DNA of 64,000 nucleotides from the human T2T-CHM13v2.0 reference genome, Homo sapiens. This document shows positions 26,030 to 39,235 of the stretch, in pieces. The DNA is taken from the NCBI RefSeq assembly GCF_009914755.1, contig NC_060942.1. One strand, given 5' to 3'. The notes under the pieces are model-generated. The model saw only the letters and a list, made by a program, of their open reading frames with translations. It was not told where the DNA came from and did no database searches. Numbering within the stretch: position 1 is the first letter of the stretch; the number at the start of each line of letters is the position of its first letter. The position numbers were made by a program, and so were the translations under genes.

Positions 26030-27130
26030 CTTCAAAGCAAAGCCACTTTCTAAAGAAAATCCTCTAGGAATGGAATCCAAATTTGGCACAACAACAAAAG
26101 CAAAAGCAATGTAAAAAGAATGCCCCGACAGAAGTTATGGAGGGCAGACAATAAGGTGGATATAAGAGTAAACGTTTTTTTTCTTTCCTTTTTAAAAATC
26201 AATTTGCATAAACTAAAGCAGAGAGAGTTAGCTCTAGAACCATATCAGAAAAGTGACCGTGACCATAAATCAATAAGTTTAGTATAATCTATTTCTCATA
26301 AAACCAAACCAAATATAAATAAAAATAACAAGAACACCAGAAATCAGAATTAGAAAAATGAACAAACGACACGATAGAAGTAAAAAAAAAAAAAAAAGTT
26401 GGAAACAAACACAAAAGGTCTCAGAAATAAAGACTAAACTAACATGGAAGAAAAGAGGAAATTAACATTGCATATATTAAGTTTAAAGAAATAGAAGTTA
26501 AAAGGAGGATGATATTAAAATCAGGGAATAAAGATGCAAGAAATTAAAAATGAGAGGGAAAAAACAGATGTGGAACATGAGTAAGGAAGAAACAACGTAT
26601 GTAAGATAAAAATCTCTACAGAGTTTTATGCCAGTTACATGATGTTTGGAAGAAAGAAATTTCTACAGAAGAAAACCAAATGAATGGCAATGAACAAATT
26701 ATATGAATATTGACACTAAAAAATTCAGAAAATTAAAACTTCATTATTGAAAGAATCATATGACATAATTGGGGGGAAAAGACCAAAACAAATAGTATCA
26801 GCACATAGTATTTGCATATTTTCTGGACAATAAGGAAAAACAATAAATCCTTATGGCATTCAAATTCAATGATTAATTCACCTAAAATAACAGAAAATCA
26901 AATTGCCATCAGATCTTAAACAACATATATAAGGACACAATGAAGTAACATTTTTAGACATTGAATGAGACAAAATGTAGGCCAAGTATACTATCTGTTA
27001 CAGAAATTATTTTCATGTATAAAGGTCAGAAACTACTATTATCATGCAAAAATAATCATGTTCTGTGAGTCTTTTTATGAGAAAAATACTAGAGATTGAA
27101 TGTGAAACAGCAAAAATGAGTAGAGGAATG
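26030..27130 (+). mobile_element. HAL1 or ancient L1 ORF1-like remnant
   Basis: A-rich degenerate ORF1-like motifs (attgaaagaa; aaaatcaaattgccatcagat; ccaagtatactatc). Confidence 0.5.
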
Positions 27131-27580
27131 TTAACATTAAGGTGGTTTGTGATAATTAAATGTGTTTACCTGTAGAATGAAAGCAAAATTATGAGTTTAA
27201 GGAAAAATAATAGCACTTAGTGACTGTATCATCTGACTATCTAGATACAGATCAATTTGTAGGAAATAGTATGGATGGCAGACAGACTATCAGAAAACCA
27301 GAATATGCTTGCTTATTCCTAAGTTATTCCCTAAGTTGATTAAAGCCGTGTTTCAAATTATAAGTTGGATAAAAAGGGAAAGTAATGTGAAAATAATTTA
27401 TGAATGAAATTCTCTATTGCTCATTATAGCAAGCCAATAGAAAATAACAAAGTGAAAATATTCATACACAACAGTGCAAGAAAAAGTAGCATGGCCGGTA
27501 GTTTTCAAACTGCAACAGGAAATTTTAAAAGCCATATTTAAAGGGGAAAGCTCTCACTGAAGTGATCCTAGGCTCCCATA

Positions 27581-28350
27581 TGTTTTATGGGCTGAATTGT
27601 ATCTCTCTAAAATTTATAAGTCACAGACGTAACCCCAGCACCTCAGAATGTGACTGTATTTGGAGACAGGGCATTTAAAGAGGTGATTAAGTTAAAATGA
27701 ACTCTCTGGGATGGGCCCTAATCCAATCTGACCAGTGTCCTTAGGGAATACCAAGCACCTATTAAGCAGAATAAAATAATGTCCCTTGTGGCAAAATGGA
27801 TACAGCTGGAGGCCATTATCCTAAGCAAACTAACACGGGAATAGAAAACCAACTACCACATGTTTTCACTCATAAGTGGGAGTTAAACATTGGGTACACA
27901 TGGACATAAAGTTGGCAACAATAGACACTGGGGACTACTGGGGGTGGAGGGAGGGCTAAAGGTTGAAAAACTAATTGTTAGGTACAATGCTTCGTACCTG
28001 GGTGACAGGTCACTTGTACTCCAAACCTCAGCTTCATGCAATACATCCATGTAACAAACCTGTACATGCACCTCCAAATCTAAAATAAAAGTTGAAAAAG
28101 AAAGACCAAAGGAGATTTGATCACAAAAGGAGACACCAGGGTCATTCACATACAAAGGGATGGATGTGAGAAGAAGCAGGAAGAAAGCTGCCTTCTGCAA
28201 GCCAAAGAGAAAGTCCTCAGAGGAAAGCAACCTTGCTGGTAGCTTGACCTTGACTTCCATAAGGTCCAATAATTGCAAGAAATAACTTTCTGTTGCTTAA
28301 GCTCCTCAGTTGTTGGCATTTTGTTAAGACTGCCCTAGTAAACTTATACA
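27581..28350 (+). mobile_element. MLT1B/A-like MaLR LTR split by an L1
   Basis: tatgggctgaattgt...cctcagaatgtgactgtatttggagacaggg...; resumes near 28105 and ends gccctagtaaacttataca. Confidence 0.9.
27744..28104 (+). mobile_element. L1PA15/16-like 3' end inserted in the MLT1 LTR
   Basis: gctggaggccattatcctaagc...ggttgaaaaacta...tctaaaataaaagttgaaaaa. Confidence 0.9.
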
Positions 28351-28352
28351 TC

Positions 28353-30609
28353 TGATATGGTTTGGCTCTGTGTCCCCACCCAAATCTCATCTTGAATTGT
28401 ACTCCCATAATTCCCATATGTTGTGGGAGGGACCTTGTGGGAGACAATTGAATCAAGTGGGTGGTTTCCCCCATACTGTTCTCCTGGTAGTGAATAAGTC
28501 TCATGAGATCTGATGATTTTTTCAGAGATTTCTGCTTTTGCTTCTTCCTCATTTTCTCTTGACACCACCATGTAAGAAGGGCCTTTGCCTCCTGCCATGA
28601 TTCTGAGGCCTCCCCAGCCATGTGAAACTGTAAGTCCAATTAAACTTCTTTTTCTTCCCAGTCTTGGGTATGTCTTTATCAGCAGCATGAAAATGGGATA
28701 AATACAATAAATTGGTAGCAGTAGAGTGGGGCATTGCTGAAAAGATACCTGAAAATGTGGAAGCGACTTTGGAACTGGGTAACAGGCAGAGGTTGGAACA
28801 GTTTGGAGGGGTCAGAAGAAGACAGAAAAGTGTGGGAAATTTTGGAACTTCCTAGAGACTTGAGTGGTTTTCCCAAAATGCTGATAGTGATATAGACAAT
28901 GAGGTCCAGACTGAGGTGATCTCAGATGGAGATGAGGAACTTGTTGGAACCTGGAGCAACAGTGACTCTTGTTATGTTTTAGCAAAGAGACCGGCAGCAT
29001 TTTACCTCTGCCCTAGAGATTTGTGGAACTTTATACTTGAGAGAGATGGAAGAAATTTCTACGCAGCAAAGCATTGAAGAGATGACTTGGGTGCTGTTAA
29101 AAGCATTCAGTTTTCAAAGGGAAACAGAGCATAAAAGTTTGAAAAATTTGCAGCCTGACAACAATTCTATAGAAAAGAAAATCCCATTTTCTGAGGAGAA
29201 ATTCCAGCCAGCTCCTGAAATTTGTGTGAGTAACAAGAAGCCAAATGTGAATCGCCTAGACAATGAGGAAAATTTCTCTAGGGCATATCAGAGGTCTTCC
29301 CGGCAGCCCCTCCCATCACAGGCTTGGAGGCCTAGGAGGAAAAAGTGGTTTTGTGGGCTGGGCCTAGGGTTCCCAAGCTGTGCGCAGCCTATGGACTCGG
29401 TGCCTTGCATCCCAGTTACTCTAGCCGTGGCTGAAAAAGGCCAATGTACAGCTCGGGCCCTGGCTTCAGAGCGTGCAACCCCTAAGGCTTGGCAGCTTCC
29501 ATGGGGTGTTGAGCCTGCAGGTGCATAGAGTCAAGAATTGATGTTTGAGAACCTCCACCTAGATTTCAGAAGATGTATGGATGCCCAGACAGAAGTTTGC
29601 TGTAGGGGTGGGGCTCTCATGGAGAACCTCTGCTAGGGCACTGCAGAAGGCAAATATGGGGTCAGAGCTCCCACACAGTGTCCCTACTGGGCACCACCTA
29701 GTGGAGCTGTGAAAAGACAGCCAACTTCCTCCAGTCCCCAGAATGGTAGATCCACTGACAGCTTACACTGTGAGCCTGGAAAAGCTTCCAACACTCAACA
29801 CCAGCCTGTGAAAGCAGCTGGGAGGGAGGCTGTAGCCTGCAAAGCCACAGGGCTGGAGCTGCCCAAGACCATGGAAACCCTCCTCTTTCATCAGCGTGAC
29901 CTGGATGTGAGACATGAAGTCAAAGGAGATAATTTTGGAGCTTTAGGATTTGACTACCCAGCTGGACTTTGGACTTGCATGGACCCTGTAGCTCCTTTGC
30001 TTTGGCGAAGTTCTCCCATTTGCAGTGGTTGTATTTACCTAATGTCTGTACCCCCATTGTATCTAGGAAATAACTAACTTGCTTTTGGTTTTACAGGCTC
30101 ATAGGCAGAAGGGACTTGCCTTGTCTCAGATGAGATTTTGGACTGTGGACTTTCGAGTTAATGCTGAAATTAGTTAAGACTTTGGGGTACTGTTGGGAAG
30201 GCGTGATTGGTTTTGAAATGTGAGGACGTGAAATTTGGCAGGGGCCAGGGGTGAGTGATATGTTTTGGCTCTGTGTCCGCTCCCCTATTTCATCTTGATT
30301 TGTACTCTCATAATTTCCACATGTTGTGGGAGGGAGCCAGTGGGAGATAATTGAAATCATGGGGCTGGTTCCACCCCTTCTGTTCTCCTGGTCATTAATA
30401 AGTCTCACAAGATCTGATGGTTTTATCAGGGGCTTCCGCTTTCGCATCCTTCCTCATTTTCTTTTGCCGCCACCATGTAAGAAGTACCTTTTACCTCCCA
30501 CCATGATTGTGAGGCCTCCCCAGCCATGTGGAACTGTAAGTGAAATTAAACCTCTTTCTTCCCAGTCTCCCATATGTCTTTATCAGCAGCGTTAAAATGG
30601 ACTAATACA
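28353..30609 (+). mobile_element. Full-length THE1 (A/B-like) MaLR provirus: 5'LTR 28353-28706, internal 28707-30255, 3'LTR 30256-30609
   Basis: Two 354-bp TG...CA LTRs, about 1.55-kb internal region with purine-rich tract ggcaggggccagggg before the 3'LTR, and perfect TSD ACATC (28348-28352; 30610-30614). Confidence 0.97.
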
Positions 30610-32359
30610 ACATCTATGCTTTAAACTCTCCCCCTGAAATCTGCTATAGTTATTTAGTGCAATTACTGCCTCACCTACTCTATTTTTCTTCTTCATTAAT
30701 GTTTTCACCAAATACAAGTGTTTAGCATAGTTTCCTTCAATATATATCCCTGATGTTGCCCAGGCAGCGTTAGCTATTAATATTTGGGCACTAGAAAACA
30801 AAATATTTCATTAACTTAGTCAACATTAAGAACAAAACAGCACTTATCTGTGCCTATTTTTTGAAAGTATTATTGGGGGATGGTGTTGTTTAATATTGAG
30901 AAAACAGCTATAATGTACCAATAGTAGAGAAAATCAGTTCAACGGGGCAGCGAGTCTGCAGTTTGGGTGCAGGTAGGTGATACAACATTTATTGGAAAAG
31001 CTAGAAAATACAGAAGGAAAGTCTGTGGACAACAGGGGTGTTCTGGGGAAACTATCTTTAAAATAGCTCTCAGACCGCATCTGAATACACTTGCTCACCT
31101 CACCATCTCACCTCTCCCACAAAACATTAAACAAGGTTAGATGTCATTTCTTGTCTCTTTCATTAACCCAATCTTACATATATGTTTAGTGTGGCATGGC
31201 ACAGCTGCCCTATTCTATACATTAGGTGGTTACAGAAAAGGCATGCCAAAAGAAGGATATTATCTTAAAACTCAGGACATGGACTACCTTTCTTAGAGTG
31301 TGTGATAATAAAATTTACTCAATGTTTCCTACCAATATATCCCTATGGATCATATATAAGATTCCCAATCCAAGAAAATACACTAAGAATAGTCACTCTA
31401 TAGTAAATAAATTAAATTTCAAAACATTATCTGTTTCTTTTTAAAATAAATTAGTCAGGATGAAGCATCATGATTTACTTCAAATTTAATATAGGCTGCA
31501 GAGAAGACACAGAATCCTCTGGTATTAATTCCATGGCAAAATAATTCCCCAAGATTGTAATTACAATAAAAACGCTTAGAAATTATATGTGCATCATCTG
31601 TTAGTCAACTAATGTAATTTAAAATACCAAGAATATTATGAATTTCTTATTTAAAGGCTATTAAATATTAAATTTATAATTTGGTATCATTAAATATTCA
31701 AATACATATACATGTTTGAATTTTAGTTGATATAATCTATGTATAAAATATTTTAAAAAATGGTTCGGCATGTACCAGGATAATAGAATATTTTTGCAAA
31801 TTTTTGTCAAATGCTTAATCATTTGTCATAAGACTGAACAGTGTGACTATATGTCCCTGTAGGATATAAGGGTGTTAAAGCATCTTCCCTATTGGTTATA
31901 ATTTTTTAACTTAATTCATTCTTAACACCTTAACTAGACCTGGAACTTAAAATAAAAATAATTAAAAATAAATCAATAAAAACGTTTTGTGTTTTGAAAA
32001 TGAAGATGGACCTTAGTAGAGCTGGGAGAGGTCATATGTAGAACATGTTAGAAATCATTCCAGAAAGAAAAGTGATTCCTAATATATTCACAATTATATT
32101 CCTGACTCTGATGGAAAAAAGGAGGCGTGTCATAGATCAAAAATACTGTTTCTGAACAGTTTGATGGTAGGTCTTCACTGATAATCCATGTGGTAAGAAG
32201 GTAAAAAGCTTCTGGAAAAATTATTATTCATAAATTTCAGAATTATAGCATAATTTGAAGGATGTTGTGCTTACATAGGACGATGGAAGATTAAATAGAT
32301 TAATTTGGAGAAATAAAAAAATTCATACCCTAATTGAAAAACTAAAAAATAAATAATTA

Positions 32360-32540
32360 TAATTCATTTAAAATATATTAACTTTTTCATCAAATATTGG
32401 GTGACTAATATGTGCCAATCATCATTTGAGATACTTGGAACACATTTGCAAACTAAAAACTAGAACTACCTGTGCTTACAAAGCTTATATTCTGGTAAGG
32501 AGGAGACAGATTATAAACATAATAAATAAGTAATATAGTA
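32360..32540 (-). mobile_element. L2 3' fragment
   Basis: tatgtgccaa...cctgtgcttacaaagcttatattctggtaaggaggagacaga. Confidence 0.7.
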
Positions 32541-34491
32541 GGTTACAAGAGGCTGAGTAGAGAGCTACTTAAATTGACTAGGACAATCTCAGTCATTTGT
32601 AATAGGCTGCAACAAACTTACCCCGACCCTCATCAAAAGGGAGACATGAACTTCATTACATTGAAAAGCAGAGGGATTTGGCCTTTGCTCTGGGTGTAGG
32701 CACTATTTCTGTCGTCTTGGGCTGATTACTCTAAAAGCACTGAAAGACAGCATTTTGACAACAAAATCTGTTGTCAGTGTCTCTGCTCACATGCATGCAA
32801 AAATATGAAAGACCCCTGGAGAACTGTCTCCCAACAGAAATCTAATTAAAAATATTTTAATTTTACCTCTCAACAAATGGCTTTTGGTATGCAAATAGCC
32901 ACATTTTATACTTTTCTCCCAAAGTTTTTATGTTTCTTTTGAGCTGATGCATGTCATTATGAACACAGCACTAACACATTTGACTGAAGGCTTTCCTTTG
33001 ATACTTCTTTGTGGATAGAACTTCCTGGAAGATTATCAAAGGCAAAATAGATAAGTGGGCATATCACAGAAGAAAAGCCCATTGAAATAAAATATGCATT
33101 CTCATTTTCTTAAATAGAACTTAAGAGAAGTTCAGCAGTGAAATAGATGTAAGTGCCTCACTGGCTGAATGATGTTGACAGCCATTGAATGATAAGTTGT
33201 CGTTCACGACCAAGCCTCCTATCTTGGAATCACAGCTGCACTCCAAAAAACATTTTTGCTAATTCCCAGCAAAACCTGCTTCTTATTGTAGCTGTTTGCC
33301 TTTATATGTGCTTTTTTTCAGCTATAGATATTGGAGAACATATAAGCTGTGACATCACACCATTCATTCTGATAAAAACATTTCTTTTGAAACATAGATT
33401 TTGACATTCCTAATAATCTTTGATGTTGCTTACAAGGCCTTAATAACAAGTTATGACACTCAGAAACTTAACGTCTATTCAGGGGAAATTTCCACTTTAG
33501 TTGCCATAGCAAATAGAGGCTTTGGTATTCATGACTATTCTGTGAATTTTGTCATGCTTTTGATTCTTTTTTATTTTTGGCAATGTTTGTTATGTTTCAA
33601 GCATTTTGCACATAAGACACAATTGTCTTTCACTGTGTGTAGGAGACAATAATAAAGAAAGAATAATAAAATGTCAAATATATTCTTCTAAATCTAATAA
33701 TTAATTGAGCTGTGCCTACAAGAGCAAATAAGAAAGTAAAAAAAAAAAGTTCCATTTCAGTCAAGAGCAAACAAATCAAGCTATTTATGTCAAAAGCTTA
33801 TTTGGAGTTATATCTAAAAGTAATGTAAAAGTGAACGTTCTAAATCTGATTTATCATTGCATCCCAATGACTAGGAAGATGCTTGCCGCTTAGTAGACAA
33901 TCAATATTTTCTAAAAATAATGAATAACAAAAGAAATACTATCTAAGGTCTGGGATCCAGGCTTTTACAAAGGTTGTAAGAATTACAGTTTTATATTATT
34001 GAATTAAAGTCCTCCTATTCCACACCTAGCTGTTTAAATAGCAACAATAAGTTTACAATTTTGTAACCTGAAAATTACTTGTATTTCTTTTCTCTGAATA
34101 CTTCCCAATAAGATAATTTAGTGCTTGTTAAATGACATAAAGATAATGCATACAAATAGACTCATTCACTATGGTATATATACAGTTCACATATCTTTAG
34201 GTTTAACATATAACAAAATTAATTTTCACTAAAGTTATACATATACATAAATTCAAATTGAAAAGCAGCACCTGTATTCTTCAATTCATGCTGAGGAGAC
34301 AGATACAGTTTAAGTTAATGTGCAACTATTGCGGTCTTTTAATATAATTTATAATTATATACATTTACTCTAATGCCTTAATAATCAGCTATTTAAATTG
34401 GCTAATATTTTAATTCCCTTTTTCAAAATGTGTTTTTCAATTTTCCTTTAAGAATTTAAGATTTTTCTATTAAAAATCTAAACTGTTTTAG

Positions 34492-34612
34492 GGCCAGATG
34501 TGGTGACTCACTCCTGCAAACCCAGGGTTTTGGGAGGCCAAAGCTGCAGGATAACTTGAGGGCAGGAGTTCAAGGCTGCAGTGAGTTATGAACATTCCAC
34601 TAGGGTAAAAAA
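34492..34612 (+). mobile_element. Old Alu monomer (AluJ/FLAM/FRAM-like)
   Basis: ggccagatgtggtgactcac...tttgggaggcca...aggagttcaaggctgcagtgagttatga. Confidence 0.85.
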
Positions 34613-36814
34613 TATATATAAATTATTTTGAACAATAGCTAATTTCTGCCCAAAAAATCCTGGAATTTTTCAAAGTGAATGATAAATTAATGCAATTACG
34701 TGATAACTGTTAGTGTAAAATTAATGCTTTACACCTTTCTCAATGTGTAGTTTGGAAAACATAAAATATATAGAATATACTATACTATATATATATAAAA
34801 TATATTTTATATATAGGATTCTGGAAGCTGGATGCAAAGGGTGTTGGGAGGTCTCACTACTTAGAAAACAAGTTTAGGTTAAACCCTTCCTTTTTCAGTA
34901 GGTATCCTCTCAATCTGCTGTACTTGGTGTCCTGAAATTTACATTCCAATAGTTTAAGCATTGATTTAATTCCAATTTAATTTATGATAAAAGAGTATTC
35001 GCTTCATGGTTAAGTAGAATAAGTTAAAACAATCTATATATTTAGTTTCAGTTTATATTAATGTTCAAGCCATATTGATATTTTCCTTTTTTTTTTTTTC
35101 CAGATGAAAGATTTGTGCCTTTAATTCCAGGACTTTCTGGGATTTTCGATTGGAAATGGTTTGGTTCATTTGGCTTCTCATTTAAGTGCTTTCGTTTGGT
35201 CCTTTTTCTTCTGTTAAACCCATTTACTTTCATCTTCAAAAATGTTAGATATCTCCTGTGTTGTGATTGTCTCACCTGTTCTTGTTTTTCTTGTTCTTCT
35301 TCTCTACTGAGTTTGTATCTTTTCCCCACTTTACTATAGCTTTTAGGAGTCTTCCAGAATATAGCTAGATCGGTACATATATTCATTTCATGAAGCTTAA
35401 CTAGAATCTATTTATTTTGACCTATGAATATATTCAAATTGACCCAACATAGCAAAGAACAACAATGTGTTGTGCACTTTGAATAACATAAGAAGGTGCT
35501 GTTACAGTGTCTGGGAAGTCATTAGTGTTAGGGTTTATCATAGTTTTTCAGTGTTTTCCCTCTGCTGCACTCATCTCTCCATAAGTATTCTGGAGGTAAG
35601 CCTTTTCAGTTGTGTACCAAACTTCTGCATAGAGTAAGTTATGTGAACACCAAATGAGAGGCCTGCTATGTGCCCTGCATATGGAAAATCATGGTTATTA
35701 TTAGTCACAATGTCATCACAGTAAGCATGTCTGAACCATTGTCATATTAACGGGTAGGTTATTTTGACAGATACTTTAGCATTTTCAAACAATTTCTTTG
35801 ATTGTTTTTAATATATTTTAGAAGATATTGGGGAACAAAATAGGATTCTACATATATTTTATTAAAAGAGATAATTGAAATATATTTTGTACATATAATG
35901 AGCCTTATGAACATTATATATTTTATTAAAATTTATTTTAGAATTAAGAAAAACTAGCCACATTGTTTTTAGCTGATGGTAATTTTATTTTTAAACCGAA
36001 AATAAAGCAAAGTAAAAATTACTCAGAGTTGTGCAACCAAACATAGAGAAAACAAAGGATAGTAATACATTATAAATAAAAAGACATTTTCTATTATAAT
36101 ATAGAAATACTCCGGGAACAAGAAGACATGCTTATGCAAGTTATTTATTCCCAAATATATTTCTATGCCAGTATCAGATTATGATGCTTTAGGAGGGATT
36201 ACTTGTAAACATTGTCTTCTTTTAGTAAGTTCTAGGAATGTAGAAAGTTATCCTGCATTAGAGAAAACACATGGAGCAAAACAATGTTCCTGCAAATTCT
36301 TTCTATTTCTCCAAATACTAATAAAAGGCTGAACCAGGATAAATAGAACCAGGAAGAAACTATGCCCAAGGGTTGAAAGAAATCAATATAAAGCCAGAGA
36401 AATATCATATGGTCTAGTGAATATTATATTGAACTAGCACAGCTACTTCTTAACACACACAGGCGCAATCACTGCTTAGACCAGAGCTAGTAGGTAGCTC
36501 GCAAATGAAAACAGTGGCTCATGTTTACTATTATTAAATTATTTTCGATTTTAAATATATGTCTTCAAATTATTTTCCAAATTTGTACCTTTGGGTAGAT
36601 TGCATGTTCAGACCAAATAAAGTTGAAGTTTTGTGTACGTGGACAAAAATTTGACCTAAATAATTAAAAGCATTTTCCCTGGATTTTTTAGAACAGTATT
36701 TATATTTTGGGGACGTGATGCTTGACTTCCCTGTTTACTTGGTAGATGTAACATCGTTATTACATTAAAAATTAATGAAATCAGAATTTTTTTTTTTAAG
36801 AAAAGCAGCAAACA

Positions 36815-37113
36815 GACCGGGCGCGGTGGCTCACGCCTGTAATCCCAGCACTTTGGGAGGCCAAGGCGGGTGGATGATGAGGTCAGGAGATCGACACCAT
36901 TCTGGCTAACATGGTGAAACCCCGTCTCTACTAAAAAATACAAAAAATGAGCCGGGCGTGGTGGCGGGCGCCTGTAGTCCCAGCTACTCGGGAGGCCGAG
37001 GCAGGAGAATGGCGTGAACCCGGGAGGCGGAGCTTGCAGTGACTTGCAGTGAGCTGAGATCGCGCCACTGCACTCCAGCCTGGGTGACAGAGCAAGACTC
37101 CATGTCGAAAGAA
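36815..37113 (+). mobile_element. Full-length AluY, CpG-rich, short tail
   Basis: ggctaac, gaatggcgtgaacccggg and gagcttgcag diagnostics; TSD aagaaaagcagc(aa/cc)aca at 36798-36814 and 37114-37130. Confidence 0.97.
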
Positions 37114-37914
37114 AAGAAAAGCAGCCCACAAAAGAAAAGGATTCGCTATGCTTAAATCCATGATGTAATAAAGCCATTAAATACGGATATGCCTAAAGAA
37201 CAAACGTAAAATACTTGATGTCTGTAAGAAGTACTTCGTGGCCGCAACTCTACTAGCTACCTAGCTGTTGTTAATAATAGACGACTTAAAAGTCGCTATT
37301 TCTTATAATTTGTATATGCTTTAGAAACAGTTGGAATTATGCACTGTCCTATTGCAAGTGGGCTACACAGATTGCACTCGAGTTTCTTTTCTTAGCTGGT
37401 TGCCATGTCTTTACCCAGGAGAGAATTTAGCAACTGCTTCAAGGTATAGGTAAGTACCAAAAAACATCAGGGCTGACCAGATAAGCCTATTGTAGAAATA
37501 AAATTAATCTATTTCAACACTCCCTGGAATTTATGAACAATTTTCAGTAACATAATCTCAAGCGTGTAGCATTGGAATTCCCACACATAAGAAAGGTGGA
37601 TATTGAAGAGATTACTTAGAAAAGTAAAAGGGATGCGATCATATTTAAACTCTGAGTTTGTTGAATATTTTATGCTACTTATATTCAATACAGCAAGAAT
37701 CTGGAGTGACTAGAACAACATAAACGTAGGAAATGGTTTCTGGAGGAAGGAGATTACTCTGAGGACCCTACTGAAGTATATAATACTACTACTAAATAAA
37801 TAGACATTTTCATAGAAGCAGAGTTCTGATGCTTTACTTATAATAATCTCAAGCAAATAAAATTGAAAACAAATGGCAAATGTTAGTGAATTATAATGAT
37901 AAGTATTCTCTTAT

Positions 37915-38125
37915 TATCAGGCATTTTGCCAGGCTCTCATTGTCTTATGCCGTTTCATTTTCTAAACATCTCAGTGAAGTAGGTATTATAATCATTCCTA
38001 ATTTATACATAAAGAAAATGCAACTTAAAGAACCTCATAATTTGTTTACTGTTATAAAACTATACCGTGTTATATCTTTGGTCGAAACTTGAATTGTCTG
38101 ATTACAAAACAAATGACCTTAAATA
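37915..38125 (-). mobile_element. MIR SINE
   Basis: gtgaagtaggtattataatcattcctaatttatacataaagaaaatg, a degenerate MIR core. Confidence 0.65.
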
Positions 38126-38134
38126 CATGTAGAA

Positions 38135-38350
38135 AGTGCAGACCTTTAATTAAATGCCCAAATAGTAAATCACTTAGGTTTCATAGACCATGTGTTTATG
38201 TCACAACTACTCTGCAACTGCATCATGAAGACAGACATACACTGATAAGCAAATGAATCCGCTCATTGCAACAAGACTACAATTGCACAAGCAGTTATCG
38301 TTGGGGTGCGAATGAATTGGACCCTGAGGGCCACGGTTTACCAACTCCTG
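38135..38350. mobile_element. MER58A (hAT-Charlie) MITE
   Basis: aaatagtaaat...ttaggttt...tgtcacaactactc...gggccacggtttaccaactcctg terminus. Confidence 0.75.
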
Positions 38351-39162
38351 CTGGGCAGCAGCATTGTTCGTCACCTGGGTCTAATTCCTATCTGCACATA
38401 ACAAAATGCTCTTGTATGATCATCTCTACGTAGGAATGTGAAGTGAAAAACTATTATCTAGTGACCTCAAAATATATAGACAAGAAACGTCAATAATTTG
38501 AGATGAAAAAAAATAGCTTTGGAATTTAAAACACACAAACAAGCCAACACACAAGCTTATGTTTCAGTCCAGGTTCCGTTATTTTTTGCATGTTACTTAA
38601 GTCATCTGGGCCTCAAATATGTTGTGTTGGCGGTTATTTTGCCTACCTTGGCAGATGGTTGTGAATATTAAATTTACTCTGTAAAAGTCATTCTTAATGC
38701 TAGGTATTCAATAAATATGTAGACTCACTTAATGGATTACTAAATTATATTATTATAACTGACATTTTTAATAAGCATTTTGGCTACCAATACAGATAAG
38801 TAATTTTTCATATTAGGTTTTCCATATTTCAGCGAGTTTATTTTTCTACTTATAATAAAATTTTAAAAACATATTTCATCTGTTACAAACCTGTGATTTT
38901 ATAAAAATGCATATAGAATATAAATTTATGATTCATATTCAAATCACAGGATTGAGAAATCAAATCATCAGATGCCATAACTGTATGGCATCAAATAAGA
39001 ATAATATAAGAATATACTAATACCCCACATAGGTATAATTTCTATAAGTGCACTATGAATATATTGTTAATGACTTAGAAAATTCTGAAAAGTATAAAGA
39101 AAAAAAATCTGAGGCCTATATCTAGAAATAACATTACATTCTTATATTTTCTAAAATTTTAA

Positions 39163-39197
39163 ATATATATGCATATATATGTGTGTGTGTATATATA

Positions 39198-39230
<33 letters not shown>

Positions 39231-39235
39231 GTATG
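39163..39235. repeat. Compound (TA)n/(TG)n microsatellite
   Basis: Read directly from the sequence. Confidence 0.95.

Noticed and set aside
29037-30077. 163-aa and 122-aa ORFs
   Set aside because: They lie inside the THE1 internal region and are fragments of the decayed MaLR frame, not host genes.
36656-37177. Longest ORF (173 aa) and similar ORFs at 78, 49414, 51448 and 61119-61534
   Set aside because: Typical Alu-derived translations (LECSGAISAH, PSSWDYR).
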